From Octopus sinensis (lineage: Eukaryota): DNA of 64,000 nt. Below, piece by piece: positions 26,249-41,110 of the stretch. Both the position numbers and the translations under genes were made by a program. The notes below the pieces were generated by a model, which saw only the letters and a list, made by a program, of their open reading frames with translations, searched no databases and had not been told where the DNA came from. Location: contig NC_043010.1 of NCBI RefSeq assembly GCF_006345805.1, positions 52,762,001-52,826,000 on the forward strand, in the 5' to 3' direction. How positions within the stretch are numbered: position 1 is the stretch's first letter; each line of letters opens with the position of its first letter.

Positions 26249-26588
26249 TGTGTGAGAGAAAGGTGAGTGAGGGAGCTGGTATACCTCCTGGCCAGAATGT
26301 ATTATTGCATGGATATCTATATTGAAGCATACATGGACACAGACACAGACACACTCAAGCATCACACACACACACACACACACACACGTGCACACAGACA
26401 CACACACACATATATGTATATGTATTGGTGCATGTATGCACCTATAACTACGCAAGAATGTTAATGTGTCGATCAATACATACACAAAATTTATAGGGAG
26501 GGAATATATATTTGATATATATATATATATTATATATATATATATATATACATACATATACATATAATATATACACATACATACATAC

Positions 26589-26634
<46 letters not shown>

Positions 26635-27595
26635 ACAACACACACACATGTATATATACATACATTCATGTATACATACATACATACATATATAGATATA
26701 TATGTATATTATGTATATATATTAACATATATACACATTTAAACATACATACATGCATCATACATAAATACATATATACATAATACATATATATATTTAT
26801 ACATACATACACACAGACACACATACATAGATACGTACATACATACATGATACATGCATACATACACACATATCTACAAACATACGTATCATTATTGTTT
26901 TTTTATGTCCACTATTTCATGCAGCTCTGAGTTGAATTCTGCTTCCATAGGAAACGGTTTTTTTTTTATGGTCAGATGCAGTTCCTGATGCCAACCTTTT
27001 AACAACATGCAGAGATACAATGTATCATTTCAAAAAAAAAATCCCTTGATATACATACATAAATGTGCACATGTGTGTATATACATATATACACATGTGT
27101 GTTTGCCTGAATCTACGTATATTTATATGATGTGAAGAAGCATATATATATATGTTTGTGTTTGTCCCCACCATCGCTTGACTACTGATGTTGGTGGCCT
27201 TATGTCCCCGTAACTTAGCAGTTCAGCAAGAGAAACGGATAGAATAAGTACTAGGCTTACAAAGAATAAGTCCTGGGGTCAATTTGTTTCGATTGAAGCA
27301 TAGTACAGCCATTTTGTGCCACATATTTCAGCATCTCTGATTTGGCTGTGGCTTATCCGACATCAGAGTGAGAGTGCATGGCTTAGTGGGTTAGGTATTT
27401 AGCTCATGATAGTAAGGTCGAGAGTTCGATTCAAGGAGATGTATTGTCTCCTTGAGCAAGACACTTTATTCGATGTTGCTTTAGTCCACTCAGCTAGCAA
27501 TAATGAGCAGTACATGGGTTTCAAAGAGCCAGGCTAGTCATATCCTGTTTCATACTGAATCTCCCTGAGAACTATGTTAAAGTTACACTTGTAAC

Positions 27596-28180
27596 AGGAG
27601 CGGCTGTGTGGTAAGAAGCTTGCTTCCCAACCATATGGTTCTGGGTTCAGTCCCACTGCATGGAACCTTGAGTAAGTGTCTTCTACTATAGCTTTGAGCC
27701 GATCAAAGCCTTGTGAGTGGATCTGGTAGATGGAAACTGAAAGAAGCCCATCGTATATACATATATATATATATATGTTAGTTAGTTAGTTAATTTTTTG
27801 GCTCAAAAAGCAAAAAGCAAGGCCATGTAGGGGGACATGGAGTTATGTACAGGGTGGTGTTCATGTAAAGAGTTCAGGCCATTTGTGGTCAAGGGAGACT
27901 TTGAACCGAGTGGTCTCGGCATCTTCACTATCTCGTCCGGCAGCTTATTCACGGATCCGCAACCTGGATGGAGAAAGTCCCTCTCCTTCAATTGTTTGTG
28001 TTTGTGGGTCTGTGTTTGTCCCCCATCTTTCGCTTGACAGCTGATGTTGGTGGGTTTATGTCTCCGTAACTTAGTTCAGCAAAAGACACTGATAGAATAA
28101 GTACTAGGCTTACAAAGAATAAGTCCTGGGGTCAATTTCTTTGACTAAAGGCGGTGCTCCAGCATGGCCACAGTCAAATG
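27596..28180 (+). mobile_element. S2 SINE interrupted by a CR1-like LINE 3' end
   Basis: S2 head at 27596-27755 and second module at 28010-28180. Confidence 0.75.
27780..27995 (-). mobile_element. CR1/L2-like LINE 3' fragment
   Basis: Translates to NKLPDEIVKMP, then shifts frame to RFKVSLDHKW, like the CR1 WNxLPxEVV...FKxxLD terminus. Ends in a (TAAC)n tail. Confidence 0.65.
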
Positions 28181-28189
28181 TATTGTGGA

Positions 28190-28440
28190 GATGGGTGATG
28201 TAGTAGTTGTGGCGTTGCGCTTAAAATCATAGAATTGTACTTTTGGTTTCTGGCCCAGGCTAAGCATTGCGTTCTTGAGCAAAACGCTTCATTTCATGTC
28301 GCACCAGTCCACTCAGGCGGCAAACATGAGTAATCCTGCATCAAATCGGTGTCCCATTCAAGAAGGAATACATATGCCACAGAATGTAAGAAAGAGACTT
28401 TATGAACCTATGGCTTGGGAAGAACATTTCATTCATTTGT
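28190..28440 (+). mobile_element. S5 old tRNA/CORE-like SINE
   Basis: TTGAGCAAAACGCTTCATTTC...CCACTCAG...TCCCATTCAAG domain with a CATT tail. Confidence 0.45.
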
Positions 28441-28966
28441 TAAATTGTTTTATGTGTATTATGTCATTCAGTGATAGCTAGGTTGAAAGACAGAATGAAA
28501 CACAGACTAGTGTAGATGTGTATTTAGTGAACAGATTTACATTACACACGCACACCACACACATAGGTATGTATGTATATATGAGTATGTGTGTGTGTGT
28601 GGTGTTAGTGTGTATATATATCGTCATTTGTGCTCCATTCGTGAAACTCTGAGTAACAGTTTTTCTGATATTGCTGCAGCTTTTAAATAAAGCATATTAC
28701 TGTACCTCTGGTATTTGAGTACTCTTTTTTCCACCTTGTTTCGCATTTATGTACTTTCTCCAGTATATATATATATATAGCATATATATATGCATGTGGT
28801 GGTATATATATATATATATATATATTATACACACAAACACATACGCATGCACAAATACATGTGTATGTAAATATATGCACATATATATTCATATATGCAC
28901 ATACACACACACACACATACATGTATAAACACGCGCGCACACACACGCACACACACACATATATAC

Positions 28967-29003
<37 letters not shown>

Positions 29004-29704
29004 TTTCTCATGGATGGTGGTTTCACAAAGGTGCGAAATGCAATTAACTTTGAAGGCTGGGAAGTAGAAATTCCCATTATTGACTCACACAGACTCAGTT
29101 TTGAATAAAATAACATGCATACATACACATACAACCATACATACATACATACATACGTTTAAGTGTATACGTGCATCTACAGACACTGCTGCACATATAA
29201 TTGCACAGTGTAATTTTGAATGTAAGAATTACATAACACGTTTTCTTTTTTTCTCTGTAATAACCAACGTTGCCGTCAGCCCTGTCAATAATAATAATAA
29301 TTATCGTTATCATCACCATCACCATCATCATCACCATTATCATCATCATCAGCGTTGTCGTTATCATCATCATCGTCACCATCGTCATCATTATCACCAT
29401 CATCATCCTCATCATTATTATCACCATCAGTAATCACAATATCAATCAGCAGAAGTGGTACCTAAAACATTAAACGTAACTGCCAACAGCAGCAGCAGCA
29501 CCACCACCACCACCGCCACCACCACCACCACAACCACCATCACCACCATCACCACCAAGACCAACACTAGCACCAGCACCAACATCATGAAAACCAGCAA
29601 AAAACGAAGTCTCTATAGTATCATTTTTATTTGCTAGAAATAGCAGCCAAATCATTATCATATCACGCTTTGATGTCTTTGGAAAGGAAGGAAACATTAG
29701 TAAA

Positions 29705-30431
29705 TAGGTGTGGTCATGTGGTAAGAAGTTTGCTTCTCAACCACATGGTTTTGGGTTCAGCCTCACTGCATGGCACCTTGGGCAAGTGTCTTCTACTATA
29801 GCCTTTTGTCGATCAATACCCTGAGAGTGGATTTGGTAGATGGAAACTGAAAGAAGCCCATTGTGTATACATACATGTGTGTGTGTGAGTGCGTGTATGT
29901 GTTTGTCCTCTACTGCACTACTTGATAACTGGTGTTGGGTGTGTTTATGTCCCCCATAATTTAGTGGTTCGGCAAAAGAGAGTGATAGAGTAAGCACCAG
30001 GCTTTCGGAAAAACATAAAGTACTAGGGCTGGTTCATTCAATTTAAAATTCTTCAAAGTGGTGCCCCAGCATGGCCGCAGTCTAATGAATGAAACAAGTC
30101 TAAAGATATAGGCGCAAGAGTGGCTGTGTAGTAAGTAGCTTGCTTACCAACCACATGGTTCTGGGTTCAGTCCCACTGCGTGGCACCTTGGACAAGTGTC
30201 TTCTACTATAGCCTCGGGCGCCGACCAAAGCCTTGTGAGTGGATTTGGTAGACGGAAAATGAAAGAAGCCCGTCGTATATATATAATATAGATATATATA
30301 TATATATATATAGTAGGTAAACAGTAAAATTAAATACAGACATGGACAAGAACATGAAACACCAGAGACGACACAAAACCACAGGACGGGACATTCGAAG
30401 CCCTCAGTCATCAGTCAAGAACCAGATCATC

Positions 30432-30465
<34 letters not shown>

Positions 30466-30690
30466 GTGTGTATATGTTTGTGTGTTTGTGTTTGTTCTCA
30501 CCAACATCATTTGACAACTGATGCTGGTGTGTTTACATCCCCGTAACTTACCAGTTTGGCAAAAAGAGACCGATAGAATAAGTACTAGGCTTACAAAGAA
30601 TAAGTTGTGGGGTCAGTTTCCTCAACTAAATGCGGTGCTCCAGTATGGCCACAGTCAAATGACTGAAACAAGTAAAAGAGAATAAAGAGT
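29705..30690 (+). mobile_element. Two tandem S2 SINEs
   Basis: Heads at about 29706 and 30110, each followed by the second module. Confidence 0.8.
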
Positions 30691-31169
30691 TTCAAAGATA
30701 AACAAAGATAAACAGAATACTATGGGGGCTTGCACACACTTTCTGTCTACAGGTTTCATTCACAAGGCATTTGTCATCCAGAGGCCAAAGGAGAAGTCAC
30801 TTGTTCAAGGCGCCACACAGAGAGATTGAACTCAAGACCATGTGGTTGTAAAGCAAGCCTCTTAACCTCACAGCCAAATTATTTTCAACTCGCATCATTG
30901 AGTGTTTGGAAAGGAAACAGACATTAGATAGTTGTAGCTCTAGATACACTGTGTCTGAATAAAAAAAAATTTAGTGGTTCAAGACCAGACGAAGAGCTGA
31001 CCAGCGGCTAAACTACGACAATAGCTAATACTCCCACTGCATCCACCAGCCCCAACGCCGCCGCTAGTATCATCGTCAGAGCAACAACAAGGGAGATAAA
31101 CAGCATAATATCAAACAACAGTAAACTATAACAAGAGCACATCTATAGCAAGGGAGAGAAGGAAGTGAT

Positions 31170-31368
31170 ACTATCAAATGATGATGATGATGATGATGAT
31201 AATAATAATGATAATGATGACGACGATGAAGACAGCAGTGGGGGGGGGGAGTTGATGCCGAGGGCAATAAAGTTCATGTTAACAGTGGTGGTGGTGGTGG
31301 TGATAAAAATAGTAATGGTGTGGATGGTGATGACAATGCTGATGATGATGATGATGATGATGATGATG

Positions 31369-31399
<31 letters not shown>

Positions 31400-31830
31400 T
31401 AATAAACATTGGTGATGTTGGTAAAAATAAAAGAACAATTTAAGATCACGGTGATGTGGTGTTGGTGGTGGCGGTGGTAGTAAAAAATAGCTACGGTGTC
31501 GATGATGAAGATGAAGGCAACGGTGATGATGATGATGATGATGATGACGATGATGTTGTTGACGGTAGGGTGATGACAAACGATCGTGATAATAATGATG
31601 CCAACGATGATAATGATGATAACGACAATGGTGCCGAGAAGAGAATGACAATGACAAAAACGACAACAACGATGACGACAATGGTGATGATGATGATGAT
31701 GCTGAAGAGGATGAGGATAATGATGGTCGACAACACATCAAGAGCAGCTGTAGCAATTATTAACAGTAAGCGAAAACCTACTACCACCACCACACCACCA
31801 CCACCACCACCACCACCACCACATTCATAC
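31170..31830. repeat. Compound (GAT)/(GGT)/(CAC) trinucleotide block
   Basis: Direct reading. Confidence 0.9.
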
Positions 31831-32801
31831 CTTGCTGACAAGCTAACCACAACAGTCTGTCTGTGTGTGTGTGATAATATCATAGTAATACTCAGAACAG
31901 CAGCAACAACAACAACAACAGCAATGAGCAAGTCCTTTGAGTGGTTATTTTGACCAGCTGAAAGTAGCAGCCAAAATTCCTTCAAAATTACACCTTGTCT
32001 TTAAAACACCCAAAAACCAAAATGAGAACAAAAATGCTAATGATGATACTACTACAGTCACAGATATACTAAGAGACAGGATGGTCACCGTTGGAATGAT
32101 CTGGATCACAGGGTCTGATTAAACAGTGCTAACTTGGGGGTCAAACAACAATAACAGCAGCAGCAGTAGTAGTAACAGCAGCAACTTCTATAATCAGGCA
32201 ATACTAAACAGAATTACAACATCAATGAAAAGAGGGAGCCATTATGTGGTCACTCGACACGTTAGAAATAGCAGTCAAGTCTCCTACTCTTCCTTAAACT
32301 GCAGTTAACTTCAGAAATAAGGAAAGGAGATATTGGATAATGTAGTAGTCTTACATATCCCACTTCCTACCTTGAAACGATGAGGTGGTCATGGATGGAT
32401 TTCCTTTAACCAGAACTGATATGATACTAGAATGACTTCTAGAATCAAGCACAATGCTAAAAGCAAGAACACCGCTACATATCTCCAACAAGAACAACAA
32501 CGACAAAAATGATAATTCTATAAGGAAATTTCTACACTGCTGTCCATCAGGCTAGATATAACAGCCAAATACTGCTTATATTACAATCTATGATCTTTAA
32601 AAACAAAAAAAAAAAATTAAGTACATATTAGATATTAGTCAATATATACATATATCATCATCATCATCATCATCATTTAACATCCATTGATGATGATGAT
32701 ATATATACATATATATATATATATATAACTATATCTAAAATGTCCTTAATATTTTTTCATTTTTAAAGATCACTAAAGTGTCTATTATATTTTAAATATA
32801 T

Positions 32802-32844
<43 letters not shown>

Positions 32845-32981
32845 TATATATATATGCATGTGAGTGGGTGTTTGTCGTGTGTGACTGAGTGTGTGTATAT
32901 ACATAGACACACACACAGATACATATATATATATGTGTATATATATATATGTATTTGTATACATATACATATGTACATGTG

Positions 32982-33016
<35 letters not shown>

Positions 33017-33179
33017 ACTTGTATACATATATGTGTGTGTGTGTATATATATTTAGTGCGTATGTGAACATGTAAGTGTGTGAGAGATGAGATGGTCATA
33101 GTTGCGATGGAGGCATTTTTAACGACGGGTCTACTCAATCAGGGCTGACCTGGGGTTAAACAACCTTAATGACAGCAAA

Positions 33180-33319
33180 AGAAAGAAGAAATAGACGATG
33201 ATGGTAACGGTGATTACAACAGTGATGATGACGACATCGACAATAATAATGTTGAAGATGATGATGACGGTGATGATGATAATGATGACGATAATGATAT
33301 ATTAACTTCAATAATATTG

Positions 33320-33353
<34 letters not shown>

Positions 33354-33600
33354 TAATAATGTTGTGATGGGTATACTGGCTTTGTATATATTTTACCCCA
33401 GTGTCACTTTGATGGCATGTGCTGTTCTCTCACTCAATAATAATAATAACAATAATAATAATAATAATAATATAATAATGATAATAATAATGATAATAAT
33501 AATAATAATAATGATAATAATAATGATAATAATAATAATAATAATAATAATGATAATAATAATGATAATAATAATAATAATGATAATAATAACAATAACA

Positions 33601-33666
<66 letters not shown>

Positions 33667-33915
33667 TATTGGTTTAAATATTGATAATAATAACAATAAA
33701 ATATTGTGGTTTCAATAATAATAATAATGATGATAATAATGATAATGATAATAGTAATGATAATGATAATCAGATGGTAGAATATAAATGAAAGTAAATA
33801 GTAACAACACCTAAAACAACCAAAAAAAAAAGACTCTGCTTCCACAACAACAACAACAATAATGTACCCTGACTAATGTAACAATAATAACAATAACAAC
33901 AACAACAACAACAAC
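33180..33915. repeat. (AAT)n/(GAT)n microsatellite
   Basis: Direct reading. Confidence 0.95.
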
Positions 33916-34365
33916 ATCAGGAGTAGACAAAAATACTCTCAGAAGGATAATACTAACTCGCTGTCTCCGATATGATAAACGCTGCAAAGAACGGCATTGA
34001 ATTCTCCTCGAATTCGGAATCATTCGTCTGTATTATGTGTATGATGCACTGCCTGTCTGCCTGCGCAGAAATCTGTCTGTGTGTCCATCAGTCTGTCTGT
34101 GCGTCTAGAAAGCCAAGCCATCTCTATTGATCTTTTTTCTGCACTTGCTCTTTGCATCTACATCTACAACCATCTATATACACATATATATATATATATA
34201 TATTCATCTATCAACCTCTCTGTGTATCAATCAATCTATCTATCTATCTATCTAATTCTATCAGTCAACCTATCTAATTCCTCTATTTAGCCATCAACCA
34301 ATGAATCTATTAATCTGTTTACCTACTAGTCTATCTATCAATATACCTATCTGTCTCTCTCTCTC

Positions 34366-34444
<79 letters not shown>

Positions 34445-34524
34445 CTAATTCCTCTATCCATCAGCCAATGAATCTATTAATCTATTTATCTACCAATCTA
34501 TCTATCAATATTTCTATGTATGAG

Positions 34525-34584
<60 letters not shown>

Positions 34585-35417
34585 AATGTTCATACATGTG
34601 ATTATACATACACGTATATATAAGTGTATACATATATATATTTGATATGTATGTGAGTTTGTGTATATTGTGTTGGTATGCATACCATATATATATACAC
34701 ACACACACACACAATACACTACATATATTATATATAGAGAGAAAGAAAGAAAGAAAGAAAGAGAGTAACATTTCTGAGGATTAAAAAAAAACAAGGAACT
34801 ATAGTGAAACACTATTCCAGAATTTGGCCAACATTATATTCTTTATTTACTTCACTAATTCTCTACACCCACTATTGAGTACTATCTAATAACTGATGCC
34901 TACCTGCCAGCCTCTCTCTCTCTCTATCTTATATATCTTTTAATCTGTCTCTCCTTCTCTCTATTTATCTATAGCCGTATTTTATACCCCCAAGTTTTGG
35001 AGGTAGCATGTTCCTGAAGATCATGGAGTAATTTGGGTATTCTTAATGTGAAACTTATCTTCCCTTCAATTTCAAATGCAGGGCTTGTCTATATATACAC
35101 ATATATATATCCAACCCATGCCAGCATGGAAAGCGGACGTTAAACAATGATGACGATGATGATGATGATGATGATGATATATATATATATCTTCTTTCAT
35201 TCTTTTATTTGTGTCAGTCATTTGACTGTGGCCATGCTGGAGCACCACCTTTTTGTCAAAGAAATCGCCCCCACCCCATCCAGGATTTATTCTTTGTAAG
35301 CTTAGTACTTATTCCATTGGTCTCTTTTGCTGAACCGCTAAGTTATGGGGACATTAGCACACCAGCATTGGTTGTCAAGTGATGGTGGTGATGGGGAACA
35401 AACACAGACACACAAAC

Positions 35418-35472
<55 letters not shown>

Positions 35473-35513
35473 TATATATATATTATATATATATATATAT
35501 AATATATAATATA

Positions 35514-35761
35514 AGGGTTGACCAAAAATCGCCTGATAGTGAATCAAAATCCATAAATACTTAATATTCAATTATTTTTGATTCATTCTAATTATGAATG
35601 TTTAATAATTGAATGCTGTGAGATAAAATCACCAAGATTTTTTTGGGTTTTTCAATATTTGTCTATTCATTAGCGGAGTCTCATACAAAATAAATTTTTT
35701 GTTTTAATCTTGGAATTAAAAAGATTTTGATTTAGTGTCAGGTAACTTTTGGCCAACCCTG
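35514..35761. mobile_element. Tc1/mariner-type MITE in a TA tract
   Basis: Imperfect TIRs (A)GGGTTGACCAAAAATCGCCTGA and TCAGGTAACTTTTGGCCAACCCTG, with (TA)n on both sides. Confidence 0.7.
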
Positions 35762-35769
35762 TTTATATA

Positions 35770-35800
<31 letters not shown>

Positions 35801-35816
35801 CATCATCATCATCGTT

Positions 35817-35856
<40 letters not shown>

Positions 35857-35990
35857 CATACATACATACATACATACATACATTATATATCTATATATAT
35901 CTATCGATATATACACACACACCACATATATATACATGTATAAGCGATTTTGGGGGACAACTCAGACACACAATATATACACACACATAC

Positions 35991-36062
<72 letters not shown>

Positions 36063-36493
36063 TACAATGGGCTTCTTTCAGTTTCCGTCTACCAAATCCA
36101 CTCACAAGGCTTTGGTCGGCCCGAGGCTATAGTAGAAGACCCTTGCCCAAGGTGCCATGCAGTGGGACTGAACCCGGAACCATGTGGTTGGTAATCAAGA
36201 TACTTACCACACAACCACTCCTACGCCTATATATATGTTATATATATTTGTCTATTCCTCGACCAATCTCTCAACCTATCTATCGATCCATATATCTATC
36301 TGTCTTTCTGTCTGTCTGTCAACATGACTAACTGTCTGTCTATCTCTACATACCTACCAATTTATCCAGCATTTCATATGTCTGTCATTGATTATCTCCC
36401 TGTATATCTCTCAGCATCCATCCATCCATCAACTCTAGCATTCATTCATACATCAGTGAGATGAAGCTGCCTGCTTGCCTGCTTCGCATCTCT

Positions 36494-36530
<37 letters not shown>

Positions 36531-36619
36531 ACCATATTCCAGAAGAGACATACAAATAGTAAACAGACTTAAAAATGAAAAGAAGACAACTGGAAGCTAG
36601 GCTCGAAATAGCTATGGTC

Positions 36620-37280
36620 ACGATTACGGTAGTAGTAGTAGTGGTGGCTTTGGTGGTGGTGGTGGTTGTGGTGGTGGTAGTGGTTTAGTAGCAATGATGA
36701 TGATGATGATGGTAGTATTAGTATTAGTAATAGTAGTAGTAACAACAATTGTCCTGGTGGAGGTGACAGGTAAGGTGTGAGCTGCGGTTGTGATGATAAT
36801 GGTGGCGATGATGGTGAAAATGACGGTGAGAATCATGATGATGGTGATGACAATGATGATGATGATGATGATAATGACGATGATAATTATGATGATGAAG
36901 GTGATGGTGATGATGATGATGGTGATGAAGATGTGATGATGATGGTGAAGATGAAGGTGAGAATCATGATGATGGTGATGACAATGATGGTGATGATGAT
37001 GATAATGATGATGGTAATTATGATGATGAAGGTAATGGTGATGATGATTATGGTGATGAAGATGTGATGATGATGATGGTGATGATAGTATAGGTGACAG
37101 TGATAGTGTGATGGCATTAGTGGTTGGGGTCATTTTCTGTGGTATTGTTGTTGGCAATGTTTATAGTGCTTAGTGGTAGTATTGGCTGTAGTACAAGCTG
37201 CAGTAGAGATAGTGTTTGTGGTAGCTGTGCAGCAATGACGATGATGATAGTGCTGGTGATGCTGTTGCTGCTACTGTTGT

Positions 37281-37314
<34 letters not shown>

Positions 37315-37316
37315 AC

Positions 37317-37362
<46 letters not shown>

Positions 37363-37400
37363 CGTGCAGGTGCTGCTGTTGATGATGATGATGGTGGTGG
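36620..37400. repeat. (GAT)/(GGT) trinucleotide block
   Basis: Direct reading. Confidence 0.9.
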
Positions 37401-37994
37401 TGGTTGCGAAGATGTCATTAACCCCCCACCCCACCCAGTCAGCTTGACCATTCAGAAGATAAATTTGGCTGCTGTTTCTAGCAAGTCGAGTACTCATAGA
37501 AAAAGATATCTCCCACTACCCCCACTTTTGTTGTTGTTGTTGCTGTTATTGTTTCCATTCAGGTCAGCTTCAGTCGAGCAGACCTATGATCCAAGGCATT
37601 CCATCCATGACCTAGTGTATTAATTTTTTTCAGTATTAGCGAAGTCTACATTCTCCAATGCCTCTTCTATCTCTTTATTTAAACAGCAGCATGAAATTAG
37701 AAGCAGATTTGGTTGCTATTTCTAGTAGGTCAAGCAACTACAAAGAAGCCACTATCTCTGTCTTTCACTGTTGTTTAGCCCAAGGCCAACTCTTACAGGA
37801 CAGACCTGTCATTGAAAGTATTCCAGTGATGACCATCCTGGTTTTTGGAGGAGAAGAGTACCTTAGAGTACATTGCCTTATGGATCCTTTCTTTTTTAAG
37901 GATTTGATTTGAAGGACATTTACTTGCTATTTCTAGTATGTCTAATGACCATAAAGCAGTCACTCTCGTAGACTCAAGTAAGTAGTACTAAAAA

Positions 37995-38385
37995 AGACAT
38001 TGTTGATGGTGATGGTGGTGGTGGTAGTAGTGGTAGTAGCAGTGGCAGTGATAGTGGTGATGGTGATGATGATAGTGGTGGTAGTGGTAGTAGTAGTAGT
38101 GGTGGTGGTGGTGGTGGTAGTAATGGTAGTGGTGGTGGTGATGGTAGTAGTAGTGGTGGTGGTGGTGGTAGTAATGGTAGTGGTGGTGGTGATGGTGATA
38201 GTAGTAGTAGTGGTGGTAGTGGTAGTAATGGTAGTGGCGATGGTAGTAGTAGTAGTGGTGGTGGCGATGGTAGTAGTAGTAGTGATGATGGTAGTGGTGG
38301 TGGTAGTGGCAATGGTAGTGGTGGTGGTAGTAATGGTAGTGGTGGTGGTTGTAGTACTGGTGGTGGTGGTGGTGGTGGTGGTGAG
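37995..38385. repeat. (GGT)/(AGT) trinucleotide array
   Basis: Direct reading. Confidence 0.95.
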
Positions 38386-38939
38386 AGTTGTAGCAGTGGG
38401 GTGTAAGGTGGGATGGGGTGGGAGGTCGACGCACCGGTGTATATGGGGGGAGAAGACGGGGTGGATGGTTGCACAGAAATGTCGGGATGTTGTATTGGGA
38501 AACGAAATTACTTCTCACACGACACCGTTTTTATTTCTTTCCGATAATCTAAGCTGCTTTTAAAATAGGATCTATGCCGTAACAGAAATTTGGCGGAGGG
38601 CGGGGGAAGGGGGGGCAGTTTCTTTTCCCCCTTTTTTTCTTTCATTTCTTCGTATAACGAAAATAAAATAGAATAAAGATAAAACAAAATAATATATATA
38701 TATATATATATAATAATATATATATATGTGGATATATATCAAACAAATGTAACAAAACAACGATGATGATGATGATGATGATGATGATTTCCTTAATATG
38801 CCACCAAGGAGAAGGACAAGAGAGACAATACAACAACAACAACAACAATAATAATCATAAAAATAATATTTTTTTATTAGCCACAAGGGCTAATATAAAG
38901 ATACATAAAATTACACGACACAAACATAAAACGACAACA

Positions 38940-38957
38940 CTAATGATAATAATAGTG

Positions 38958-38997
<40 letters not shown>

Positions 38998-39035
38998 TAA
39001 TAATGATAATAATAATAATAATAATGATAATAATA

Positions 39036-39096
<61 letters not shown>

Positions 39097-39213
39097 TAAT
39101 GATAATAATAATGATAATAATGATAATAATAATATAATAATGATAATAATAATAATGATAATGATATAATTAATAAATAATAATAATGATAATATAATGA
39201 TAATGATATAATA

Positions 39214-39280
<67 letters not shown>

Positions 39281-39788
39281 AATAATAATAACAATAATAA
39301 TAATAATAATAATAATAATAGCAAGAATAATAGCTACAGCAACAATAAAGACAATAATAATTATCATAGTTATTATTGCTGTTGTTGTTGTTGTTGCCGT
39401 TGTTGTTATTTTGTATACTGCGTCTATTGTTATCTCATTTCCCCCCTCATCTTTTATGCACCCCCCCCCTAAACCCCCTGCTATCTCCCACCGCAACACA
39501 AATTCTAAACTGTCTATATAATGTTCCCCTCATCCGATGTCCCTGTGGCGAATGAACGAAATTCCTCTCCTCCTTCCACTTCCCCTTATTATTATTATTA
39601 TTATCATTATTATTATTATTATCATTATTATTATTATCATTTTATTATTATCATTATTATTATTATTATTATCATTATTATTACTATTATTATTATTATC
39701 ATTATTATTATTATTATCATTATTATTATTATCATTATTATTATTATTATTATCATTATTATTATTATCATTATTATCATTATTATTA

Positions 39789-39834
<46 letters not shown>

Positions 39835-39890
39835 CATCATCATTATCATCATTATTATTATCATCGTTATTATTACGATTATTATTATCA
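38940..39890. repeat. (AAT)n array and oppositely oriented (ATT)n array
   Basis: 38940-39330 and 39585-39890. Confidence 0.95.
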
Positions 39891-40423
39891 TACGAATTGC
39901 AATATGGCAAATATAAATATTCTATCTGAAGAAAATACTGAAAGACATAAATTTAAAAAAATTCTAAAATCTCTGAATATACAAATCCTTAGAAAATCCT
40001 CATAAATTTCAAAATAATATGGAAAGCCATGCCCCACACGTATTTAAAACTCTCTCCCTCTTTCTCTCTCTAAATATATATATATATTGAAAACTGCAAG
40101 CTTTGCAATTGTGTGTATGTATTTATGTGTACATATTTGTGTGTGTGTGTGTGTATATATATATATGTGTGTGTATGTATGTGTGTATATATATATTACA
40201 TATATGTATATACATATGTACATGTATTTACATATGGATATACACACATATATATGTATATACATATACATATATGTATATGTATATATTTATAAATATG
40301 TATACATGTATGTATATACATATAAATACATAAATATAAATATTTATACATATATCTACATATGTACATATATGTATAAACATATATCCTCATATAAAAA
40401 TAATATCTATGTGTATATATGTA

Positions 40424-40485
<62 letters not shown>

Positions 40486-40495
40486 GTGTTGTGTG

Positions 40496-40527
<32 letters not shown>

Positions 40528-40789
40528 TACAAATACAATTATAATTTAGAGAGACCTAAACAATATACAAAAGAGATATTGATATATGTATACAAATGGA
40601 GGCACATGTATGCTTCTAGGTGCAGGGGTGGTTGCATGGTAAGTAGCTTGCTTACCAACCACATGGTTCCGAGTTCAGTCCCACAGTGTGGGACCTTATG
40701 CAAGAGTCTTCTACTACAGCCTCAGGCCGACCGAAGCCTTGTGAGTAGATTTGGTAGAAGGAAACTGAAAGAAGCCTGTCATAAATATG

Positions 40790-41110
40790 CTGAGACCCCC
40801 TTCAGTCATGACTGACCATGGGATTGAACCAAGAAAGTTATCCTCTGAGGCACAAGTCCGGGTAAGGTTGTTTATGGAAGACCAGCAGTCACCCCTCTCC
40901 ATGCCACCAGTGTTATCCAAGGGAAAGACAAAGGCCGATATAGCTTGGTGCCAGTGACGTCGCAGCTCATTTCTACAGCTGAGTGAACTGGAGCAACGTG
41001 AAATAAAGTGTCTTGCTCAAGAACACAACATGCAGCCCGGTCCGGGATTTGAACTCACAACCTCGCGATCATAAGCTCGACATTTTAACCATTGAGCCAT
41101 GTGCCTTCAC
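40790..41110 (-). mobile_element. S4 tRNA-derived SINE inserted in an S2 copy
   Basis: Minus-strand head GTGAAGGCACATGGCTCAATGG, B-box GAGTTCAAATCC and TGAGCAAGACACTTTATTTCACG domain. S2 parts lie at 40620-40785 and 41160-41300. Confidence 0.7.

Noticed and set aside
30330-30425. Possible further hammerhead family (minus strand CTGATGA...TTCGAATGTC)
   Set aside because: The tail resembles families A and B, but stem II cannot be paired convincingly and A15.1 is missing.
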